A stretch of 49,619 bases of DNA. It comes from a bacterium. GTDB taxonomy: Bacteria; CLD3; SB21. The notes under the pieces were generated by a model. It was given only the letters and a program-made list of their open reading frames with translations, had not been told where the DNA came from and did no database searches. A program made the translations under genes and the position numbers. Below are positions 37,328 through 44,907 of this stretch, piece by piece. Within the stretch, counting starts at the first letter, position 1. Every line of letters starts with the position of its first letter. The stretch covers positions 1 through 49,619 of the forward strand of contig JANNSF010000248.1 in the NCBI GenBank assembly GCA_031402315.1. Direction: 5' to 3'.

Positions 37328-38107
37328 TCAAATCAAGCCAATCCCCGAAGCGTAGGTGATGGCTTCAAAGGTGTTGTTCACATTGAGTTTTTCGATAATC
37401 CGCTGGCGGTGCGTATTAACCGTGTGAATACTAATGAAAAGCCGATCCGCGATTTCTTTGCTGATCATACCTTGACTGATGAGTTGCAGGATTTCGCTCT
37501 CTCGTAAAGAGAGACTTGGTCGGTCTAAAACTTCTCGCTCCTTTGGAGGGAACTCAAATCGCTCGCCCGTTCTCAAATTCAGCGCACGGCAACCAAAAGC
37601 GACGTCTTCATCGAAATAGGGAGCCATATCCATCACGGAAAGGGCGAGCCATACCTGCCCGGTATCATCCAGTTCTAGGGCCGTCCACTGTTCCATGACA
37701 TGGATGTATTTCGCCTTGGTTTTTTCGATTCGATATTGAGAGACCATCTTGTAATCTCTCCGATGAGCCGGCTCGACCGCGTAGATAAATCGCAGAAAGT
37801 CCATTCCGGCTTCGAGCAGGCTGGGCATGTCGTCGGGATGTACACGCCGGTCCGCATACGAATTACCCTCGGCGTGCGCTTGGTCTATGTCATAACCGAA
37901 AAGCGTATTGTATTTTGATGAAAAATAGACGTGCTCTTTTTTGTACATGTCAAATATGGAAATCGCGCTGCTTCCCACCACATCCAACTGATCTAGTAAT
38001 TTTTTGTGGCGCTCCAATATGCGATAGTCCAGCTTTTCAGCATCAAAACTCTGCTTTGCAAGTAGTTGATAATAATCATGATATAGGTTTTGCAGCGTTT
38101 GTTCCAT
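37328..38107 (-). CDS. PAS-fold + LuxR HTH transcriptional regulator
   Basis: PAS-like N-domain (VHPDD), C-terminal LSLRESEILQLISQG.ISKEIADRLFISIHTVNTHRQRI. Confidence 0.9.
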   Translation of the reverse strand: MEQTLQNLYHDYYQLLAKQSFDAEKLDYRILERHKKLLDQLDVVGSSAISIFDMYKKEHVYFSSKYNTLFGYDIDQAHAEGNSYADRRVHPDDMPSLLEAGMDFLRFIYAVEPAHRRDYKMVSQYRIEKTKAKYIHVMEQWTALELDDTGQVWLALSVMDMAPYFDEDVAFGCRALNLRTGERFEFPPKEREVLDRPSLSLRESEILQLISQGMISKEIADRLFISIHTVNTHRQRIIEKLNVNNTFEAITYASGIGLI

Positions 38108-38112
38108 AAAGA

Positions 38113-38130
38113 ATACTGATTAATCAGTAT
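38113..38130. promoter_or_regulatory. Perfect 18-bp palindrome, probable LuxR operator
   Basis: ATACTGATTAATCAGTAT between the divergent luxR and TonB receptor genes; 7-2-7 TACTGAT arms. Confidence 0.75.
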
Positions 38131-38205
38131 AGAAATATAGGCGTTCGAATGCATAGATTCAAGCAATGAAAGAGAGCATTGAAACAACTCAAAAAGGATA
38201 TTGCA

Positions 38206-40503
38206 ATGATGTTTAACAAGATTTTGATACTGATCGCCGTTCTAGCTGCGATCGGTCATACCCAAACCGCTCAAACTGGTGTTATTCGTGGCATCGTTAT
38301 CGATAAAGAGACTAAGGAAACCCTCTATGGCGCAAATGTGTCCATCGTGGGTACGTCCAAAGGTGCGGTGGCAGATGAAAAAGGTTCTTTTGTAATCAAG
38401 GACGTTCCTGTAGCAAGTTATGTTTTACAATTTAGCTATATCGGCTATGTTGCCTACAAGCTGCCGGATGTCATCGTGCGGCCGGAACGCATCACATACA
38501 TCCAGGCGGAGATGACCATCGAATCCATCGAAGGAGAAGCGATCGAAGTGAGCGCCGGATATTTTGACGAATCCAATTCCGTGACCACCAGCGTAACACA
38601 ACTATCGAATGAAGAAATTCGCCGATCCTCGGCCGCCGCGGGAGATGTCAGTCGAATTATTAGTTCGCTCCCGAGCGTGGCCAAAACGGATGAACAGAAG
38701 AACAGTCTCGCGGTTCGCGGAGGTAGTCCCATTGAAAATGCTTTTTTTGTCGATCACATTGAAATTCCAAATATCAATCACTTCCCATCGCAAGGATCCA
38801 GCGGCGGTGCAATCGGTATTTTGAATGTTGATCTGATTCGGAATGTCAATTTCTATACCGGTGGTTTTTCGTCCGCGTATGGTAATCGGCTTTCATCAAT
38901 TCTTGATCTGGAACTCCGGGAAGGAAATCGGGAAGAATTTGACGGGCAAGTGGATCTCAGCATCGCCGGTATTGGCGGTGTTTTTGAAGGACCGGTATCC
39001 GGCACCGACGGTAAAAAAGGTTCTTGGGTCGTTTCAGTTCGTCGCAGCTACGTCGATGTGATTGCGAAAATGATTGATGCCAATGTCACGCCGTGGTACG
39101 CCGACGCTCAGGCAAAATTGGTCTATGACATCGCTCCGTCACATCAAATCTCCTTGCTCTATATCGCCGGGTTGGATCAAAATGATATTTCGCGAAAACA
39201 AGGGAAAAAGCTCGATGTTCCATCGTATGGAAGCGAAAGTCATTTACAAAACACCGTTGGCGCCAATTGGCGCTGGCTGTGGAATAAAAACGGTTACTCC
39301 AATACATCCATCTCCTACAGCGGCGTGGCTTTTAAGACCGATTTTGACAATGCGCGAACGACCATGTTGTTGTTCAAAAACCATTCAAGTGAAAACGCCT
39401 TACGTATTCGTAATACCAATTTTTATCGATTCAACTCCATTCATGCCATTGAATTTGGTTTTGAATCAAGCCTGAACCGCAATACGTACGATCAAGTTCT
39501 CGGTGAAAACACCGATCCCTTAGGTCAGACTACACCTGCTTTTCAAGTGAAGAAGGATCTAAACGCCGTCGATGCCGGAGGATATCTTAATTACCTCGTC
39601 AAGCCGTTTTCCTCGTTTCAGGCGTCGCTCGGATTACGTTCGGATTATTTTTCTCTGACGAACCAATTTCACCTCTCTCCGCGGGTCGCTCTGGGTTATG
39701 CTTTCACACCACGAACTTCCGCCAATGTATCCGCCGGAATGTTTTTCCAAAACCTCCCGCTCACACTCTTAGCACAAGACAAAGATTATAAGAAAATGAA
39801 AGACCCTTATGCCATTCACTATATCGCGAGTTTGAATCATCTCTTGTCGGAGGACACGAAACTGACGATCGAGGCTTATCATAAATCTTATTACCGTTTT
39901 CCGACGGATCCGGCGCAGCCGAATCTTTTTATGATTGATGAATTGCAATACCGACAAGGATTCTTTTATGGCCACAGCAGCCTCACTGATCAGGGGCGTG
40001 CATATTCCACCGGAGTAGAAGTAACGATACAAAAGAAATTGGCAAAGCATCTTTATGGACTTATCAGCGGAACGTATTATCAATCGCGGTACCGGGGACA
40101 GGATCATGTCTGGCGTGATCGGGTGTTTGATAACCGGTATATTGTAAGCATGGAAGGCGGTTACAAACCGAACAAGAAATGGGAATTCAGCGGACGCTGG
40201 ATCTATGCCGGCGGTGCGCCTTATACACCGCTTGATCCGGTAGCGTCGGCCGTCAATCAACAAGCCGTATTTGATGCGACACAGATCAATGCGAAACGAT
40301 ATCCGGCGTATCACGCTCTCAATTTGCGCGTGGATCGGCGCTTCAGCTTTAGTCACTCCAATCTGGTCACGTACCTTAGCATTTGGAACGCGTACAACCG
40401 CAAAAATGTCGCCTCCTATTATTGGAATGAAATTGATAATAAACCGGCTACCGCATTTCAATGGGGTCTCGTGCCTGTCGTAGGAATGGAGTATGAATTT
40501 TAA
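38206..40503 (+). CDS. TonB-dependent outer-membrane receptor with a CarboxypepD_reg-like N-domain
   Basis: Signal peptide, IRGIVID..T.E.L.GANV, plug motifs (VRGGSP.EN, YTGGF...YGNRLSS), C-terminal EYEF. Confidence 0.93.
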   Translation: MMFNKILILIAVLAAIGHTQTAQTGVIRGIVIDKETKETLYGANVSIVGTSKGAVADEKGSFVIKDVPVASYVLQFSYIGYVAYKLPDVIVRPERITYIQAEMTIESIEGEAIEVSAGYFDESNSVTTSVTQLSNEEIRRSSAAAGDVSRIISSLPSVAKTDEQKNSLAVRGGSPIENAFFVDHIEIPNINHFPSQGSSGGAIGILNVDLIRNVNFYTGGFSSAYGNRLSSILDLELREGNREEFDGQVDLSIAGIGGVFEGPVSGTDGKKGSWVVSVRRSYVDVIAKMIDANVTPWYADAQAKLVYDIAPSHQISLLYIAGLDQNDISRKQGKKLDVPSYGSESHLQNTVGANWRWLWNKNGYSNTSISYSGVAFKTDFDNARTTMLLFKNHSSENALRIRNTNFYRFNSIHAIEFGFESSLNRNTYDQVLGENTDPLGQTTPAFQVKKDLNAVDAGGYLNYLVKPFSSFQASLGLRSDYFSLTNQFHLSPRVALGYAFTPRTSANVSAGMFFQNLPLTLLAQDKDYKKMKDPYAIHYIASLNHLLSEDTKLTIEAYHKSYYRFPTDPAQPNLFMIDELQYRQGFFYGHSSLTDQGRAYSTGVEVTIQKKLAKHLYGLISGTYYQSRYRGQDHVWRDRVFDNRYIVSMEGGYKPNKKWEFSGRWIYAGGAPYTPLDPVASAVNQQAVFDATQINAKRYPAYHALNLRVDRRFSFSHSNLVTYLSIWNAYNRKNVASYYWNEIDNKPATAFQWGLVPVVGMEYEF

Positions 40504-40612
40504 CTTCACTTCGCTAGACGACAAATTTCGCATCCAGTGAAATTTCATTGAATTAATTCGCCCAATGCGATAGATTTATGATCAGATCATCAAACATTTG
40601 ATCGCATCTTAC

Positions 40613-42076
40613 ATGCCTGATTTAAAGGCCATTTTCGGTATCAAATTGCGGCGCTTGCGGGAGTCTAAAAAGCTTCCGCTTCGGGATTTATCGCTCAAGT
40701 CCGGACTTTCAATTTCCTATCTGTCGGAAATCGAAAGCGGGAAAAAGTATCCCAAACCGGACAAAATAATGGATCTCGCCGCCGCTCTGGACGTGGAATT
40801 TGATGATATGGTTTCCATGGCGATTGACCCGGCTTCGTCGTGGATGAAGTCCTCTATTTTTCAAGAATTCCCTTTTCAGCTTTTTGGCATGTCGCTTTCT
40901 GACGTGATCGGCCTCGTGCGAAACGAGCCGGAGAAGGCATCGGCCTTTGTTCGCACCCTACTCGAGGTCGGACAGCGATACGATATTACCAAGGATCAGC
41001 TTTTTTACGCATCCCTGCGCTCGTATCAAAAGTTAAATTCCAACTATTTTCCTGAACTTGAATCTTCCGCGGAAGCCTTCCGACAAAAATATTCGATTGG
41101 TACCGCCAACTATGGGTCCCTTGCGCGCATTCTTACGGAGCGTGGTGTTGTATTGGATGATCGGAGTTTGCAAAAGCACCCTCTACTTAGTACACTTCGC
41201 TCGGTTTGGGTTGACTCGCCTCCCAAACTCATGATTCATCCCGATCTGTCCGACGCACAGAAGGCCTTCATCGTAGGACATGAATTGGCCTACTCGTATC
41301 TCAATTTGAAACAGCGCCCTCTTACCTCACCTTGGCTTCATATTGAATCGTTTGAGCAGGTATTGAATAATTTTCGTGCATCGTATTTCGCCGGCGCCCT
41401 ACTCCTTCCAAAGAATAAAATCCAATCGGATCTGGAAGCTTTTTTTGGCCAAAAGACGTGGAAGATCGAGTCCTTTGAACATCTGCTCACGAATTACGAA
41501 GTTACGCCGGAAATGATGATGAATCGTCTGACTCAGGTTTTACCCAAGTGTATGGGTCTTCCCAATATTTATTTCCTTCGTCTCCACCACGAAGGCGGAA
41601 CCAAGCGATTCGAGCTTTCCAAAGAACTCAATATGACAAAACATTTTGTTCCCTATGGAATTGGTTTTCGTGAGAACTACTGCCACCGCTGGCTTTCGGT
41701 TAAGCTGCTTCAAAAACTTGCCGTCGCAAAAAAGAAAGAAATTCTCGTCGGCGCACAGAAGACCCGCTTCATTCAGAATAATTCAGAATTCCTGACGCTG
41801 GCCATGGCACGGCCGCTTGCCATAAAAGAAAATCATTACTCCTGCGTTTCAATTGGAATACTTCTTGATGCCCATTCCCGCAAGAAAATACAATTTGCCG
41901 GAGACCCTTCGCTTTCGACGATCGAGGTTCATGAGACTTGCGAACGTTGCCCTTTGACGGATTGTCAGGAACGGGTTGCCAAGCCGACCATCTACATGGA
42001 TCAGAAGAGGACGGCGGATCGTGAAACGTATTTGAAGAATTTTGTTCATTGGCAAAAACGAACAACGCACGATTAG
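40613..42076 (+). CDS. XRE-HTH / IrrE-like / ScfR-type regulator (RamB/PrpR-like)
   Basis: GIKLRRLR...SISYLSEIESGKKYPK HTH; HELAY; YFAGALL; C-terminal TCERCPLTDC Cys cluster. Confidence 0.85.
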   Translation: MPDLKAIFGIKLRRLRESKKLPLRDLSLKSGLSISYLSEIESGKKYPKPDKIMDLAAALDVEFDDMVSMAIDPASSWMKSSIFQEFPFQLFGMSLSDVIGLVRNEPEKASAFVRTLLEVGQRYDITKDQLFYASLRSYQKLNSNYFPELESSAEAFRQKYSIGTANYGSLARILTERGVVLDDRSLQKHPLLSTLRSVWVDSPPKLMIHPDLSDAQKAFIVGHELAYSYLNLKQRPLTSPWLHIESFEQVLNNFRASYFAGALLLPKNKIQSDLEAFFGQKTWKIESFEHLLTNYEVTPEMMMNRLTQVLPKCMGLPNIYFLRLHHEGGTKRFELSKELNMTKHFVPYGIGFRENYCHRWLSVKLLQKLAVAKKKEILVGAQKTRFIQNNSEFLTLAMARPLAIKENHYSCVSIGILLDAHSRKKIQFAGDPSLSTIEVHETCERCPLTDCQERVAKPTIYMDQKRTADRETYLKNFVHWQKRTTHD

Positions 42077-42185
42077 GCACGATGGGCCTATTTTTCGAAA
42101 TGCTACGAAAACCATTTTGAAACAATTGTATTTATTGCCAAATTAAATAAAGAAATCGTTCTATGCCACATACGTAAAGGAAGCT

Positions 42186-42542
42186 ATGGAGACCATTGAT
42201 TTGCGCGATTTGATCTTGATGATCAAAGAAAAGAAAGAAATGAACGCTAATTTTGCACTCGAATTTGACTGCCGCCTCGACGTCGAAGATTACAAGCCAC
42301 TGGTCAAGGTGATTAATTATGCGATCAATTATATTGCGCCTCTTACCGATCAGCCTATGCAGATTTCACTAAACGCCGGTGGTAACGGTTTTATGATGGG
42401 ATTCACGGCTTTCACATCAGGATCTGAATTTCCCCCCGTCAGTGAGCAAGTGAAGGAAGCACTGCTGCCCTACCAGGCGACGATAACACAAACCGGTGAA
42501 GCGGCGAAATACGTAAAGCTTCTCATCTCGTTTAAAAAATAG
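42186..42542 (+). CDS. Hypothetical protein resembling a degenerate stand-alone HATPase_c (GHKL) domain
   Basis: AAGGA RBS; IDLRDLI, D..PLVKVINYAINY (N-box-like), QISL, C-terminal TITQTG....KLLISF; no G1/G2 glycine boxes. Confidence 0.5.
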   Translation: METIDLRDLILMIKEKKEMNANFALEFDCRLDVEDYKPLVKVINYAINYIAPLTDQPMQISLNAGGNGFMMGFTAFTSGSEFPPVSEQVKEALLPYQATITQTGEAAKYVKLLISFKK

Positions 42543-42548
42543 GCTTCT

Positions 42549-43313
42549 TTGGCTGTTCATTCCTCGGCGATTGTAAATTCGCCGATCCCGCACTCGGTTT
42601 CCGTCGGCCCCTATTCCATAATCGATTTCAATGTGTTTATTGGTGAACATTGCGAAATTTCATCGCATGTGCGTGTTGATCCTTATACAACGCTTGGACT
42701 AGCCTGCAAAATTTTTCACGGTGCGGCCGTCGGTGGAATTCCTCAGGACTTAAAATTTGCCGGAGAGAAAAGTTCACTCCGCATCGGGGACGAGGTCACG
42801 ATTCGTGAATACGTTACTCTCCACCGAGGAACAGGCGAAGGCGGAGTCACACGCATAGGAAATCAAACGCTCCTTATGAATTATGTTCACGTCGCGCACA
42901 ATTGTGAAATTGGCAATCATGTCATTTTGTCCAATGGCGTTCAACTTGCCGGACATGTTTCCATTGGGGACCATGTCATTCTCGGAGGAATAATTCCCGT
43001 ACATCAGTTTGTGAAAATCGGTGAACACGCATTTATTGGCGGTGGCTATCGCGTGGCGCAAGACGTTCCACCTTATATTTTAGCGGCGGGAGAACCTTTG
43101 CGGTATTGCGGATTGAATCTCGTCGGACTTAAAAGGCGAAGTTTTACGGAGGAACGTATTTCACAAATGGAAAACGCTTACAAACTTATTTATCGCTCAC
43201 ATTTGACTCTAAGTTCGGCGCTGACAAGAATTCGCGAAGAAATGAAACTGGAGCGTGAAATTCTTTCGATCGTCAATTTCTTTGAAGCGTCCGAACGAGG
43301 CGTAATTCGTTAG
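42549..43313 (+). CDS. lpxA: Acyl-ACP--UDP-N-acetylglucosamine O-acyltransferase
   Basis: Hexapeptide repeats, PQDLKF, IREYVTLHRGT, HVAHNC, LAGHV, VHQF, QDVPPY, GLN.VGLKRR; TTG start. Confidence 0.93.
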   Translation: MAVHSSAIVNSPIPHSVSVGPYSIIDFNVFIGEHCEISSHVRVDPYTTLGLACKIFHGAAVGGIPQDLKFAGEKSSLRIGDEVTIREYVTLHRGTGEGGVTRIGNQTLLMNYVHVAHNCEIGNHVILSNGVQLAGHVSIGDHVILGGIIPVHQFVKIGEHAFIGGGYRVAQDVPPYILAAGEPLRYCGLNLVGLKRRSFTEERISQMENAYKLIYRSHLTLSSALTRIREEMKLEREILSIVNFFEASERGVIR

Positions 43314-44440
43314 CCTCGCCAAAACCGCAGTGAAAACTTTTTACCCTGCATCCACATTCTTCTCTGCAGCAACTTGCCCGCCATAACTAACGTCATGATT
43401 ACAAAGGCCGATTGCGTAATGATTGTCAGTATGATTTCCCATACCGGTGGATGAGACAAGAAATTTCGCAAGGGCATAAGCGTGGGCGTCAAGAATGGAA
43501 TAAATGTAATGACCTTGAGCATTTCCGAATCCGGCGATTGAATTACCCATAGTGCGAGAGCCACCGGGATCATTCCGGCGACCGACAAAATCGCTTGGAT
43601 GGGTTGTACGTCACTCTCGGTTGAAAATAAAACGCCCAACGACGCATAGATGCCGGCATAAAAAAAATAGCCTAATAGAAAGTATACCGTAAGCAACATA
43701 AAGTCGATCGGCTGCATCGAGTCAAAAAATTTGATGAAATATCCAAAGACAAGCCAAATGATAATTTGTAATAGACCCGCCAACCCAATTCCAAATATTT
43801 TTCCTCCCATGAGTTCCCGCGGCGAGACGCTGGTCAGTAGCACCTCGAGGACTCGATTGCTTCGCTCTTCACTCAGACCCCTCAGCAGAGAACCCGCGGA
43901 ATGAGTAATCGAAAAATACAGCATAATAACAAGAAGCATGGCGGTCACATATTGTTCTGCATTCGCATCTTTTTTTTCTAATCTAACACATTCCATAGGA
44001 GGAAAAGCCGTTTGAATGCCGCGCTTTTGCAATTGATTTTTCAGAAGAGCATTATCGAGAGAGAGTTTGAGTATTTCTAATTGGGATTCATTGCCGTTGC
44101 TATAAAGCGTACGGCTTTCGGTGGATGTTATTTTGACAAATCCAGTCAGAAAGCCCTTTTTGACAATCATGACAATTTGAAATGAATCAAGCTCTGTCGC
44201 CGAATAGTCGGAAATCGAAATGCCGCTATTTTGAAAAGTTTCCGCATTCAAAAGTCCGAGAGGATCATACACTCCGAGTAAAATAATTTCCCGGGACTCA
44301 ACATCCGAGAGTTTCATCGGAAGCCATGCGAATCCGCCCACGACAAGGGGTATAAAAAAAATCGAAAAGATAAATCCTTTCGATTTAATTTTTTGCAGAA
44401 ACTCCCACCGAAGAACCGTACCTGTTTTTTTTAGGCTCAC
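43310..44440 (-). CDS. ABC-2 type permease (NatB/YhaP-like)
   Basis: WEF..KIKSKGF, EERSNRVLEVLLTSVSP.ELM.GKI.G, FIPFLTP.LMPLR. Confidence 0.9.
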   Translation of the reverse strand: MSLKKTGTVLRWEFLQKIKSKGFIFSIFFIPLVVGGFAWLPMKLSDVESREIILLGVYDPLGLLNAETFQNSGISISDYSATELDSFQIVMIVKKGFLTGFVKITSTESRTLYSNGNESQLEILKLSLDNALLKNQLQKRGIQTAFPPMECVRLEKKDANAEQYVTAMLLVIMLYFSITHSAGSLLRGLSEERSNRVLEVLLTSVSPRELMGGKIFGIGLAGLLQIIIWLVFGYFIKFFDSMQPIDFMLLTVYFLLGYFFYAGIYASLGVLFSTESDVQPIQAILSVAGMIPVALALWVIQSPDSEMLKVITFIPFLTPTLMPLRNFLSHPPVWEIILTIITQSAFVIMTLVMAGKLLQRRMWMQGKKFSLRFWRG

Positions 44441-44895
44441 GGCTTCGTTTGTTTAAGAAAATCCTGATAACTGATTTCGTTGTATTTTTTTTCTGCAATA
44501 TATTGGAGCATAGGCAAAAATTCCTTCGCTTCAATATATCCCGACGCGATCGTGATAACCCTCCCGTCGGATTCAAAGAACGCCGTGGCCGGATAACCTG
44601 TGATTCCTAGTCCGGATGCAAATTCCGCAGCGGCATAGCTCTTTTCACGGTATCTTACGTTGCCGTCGGTTTCGGGGTTCATCTTTACTAAAATGAAGTT
44701 CTTCTTGAGGTAATTCACGATGTCTTCATCGTTATACGTTTTTTGGTCCATTACTTTACACCAGGAGCACCAATCCGTATAAACATCCATGAGAATTGGT
44801 TTATTCAGAGCTTTCGCTCGTTCCATACCTTCATTCGGTCCATGCCATGTCAAGACATCGCTTAAAAGTAGGCGAATTAGCAATAGATATAACAT
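44437..44895 (-). CDS. Exported thioredoxin-fold protein (CxxC)
   Basis: KPILMDVYTDWCSWCKVMD, GITGYP; hydrophobic N-terminus. Confidence 0.9.
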   Translation of the reverse strand: MLYLLLIRLLLSDVLTWHGPNEGMERAKALNKPILMDVYTDWCSWCKVMDQKTYNDEDIVNYLKKNFILVKMNPETDGNVRYREKSYAAAEFASGLGITGYPATAFFESDGRVITIASGYIEAKEFLPMLQYIAEKKYNEISYQDFLKQTKP

Positions 44896-44907
44896 AAGAT
44901 TCCTTTC

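Noticed and set aside
39769-40548. 259-aa antisense ORF in the TonB receptor, plus other overlapping short ORFs such as 17448..18026, 23685..24245 and 29760..30287
   Set aside because: They overlap well-supported conserved genes on the other strand or frame and show no recognisable motifs.
42074-42111. Hairpin TAGGC...GCCTA with T5, and a TTTTCG-N8-CGAAAA dyad
   Set aside because: The stem is short and the two readings (weak terminator versus operator) cannot be separated, so I did not call it as a feature.
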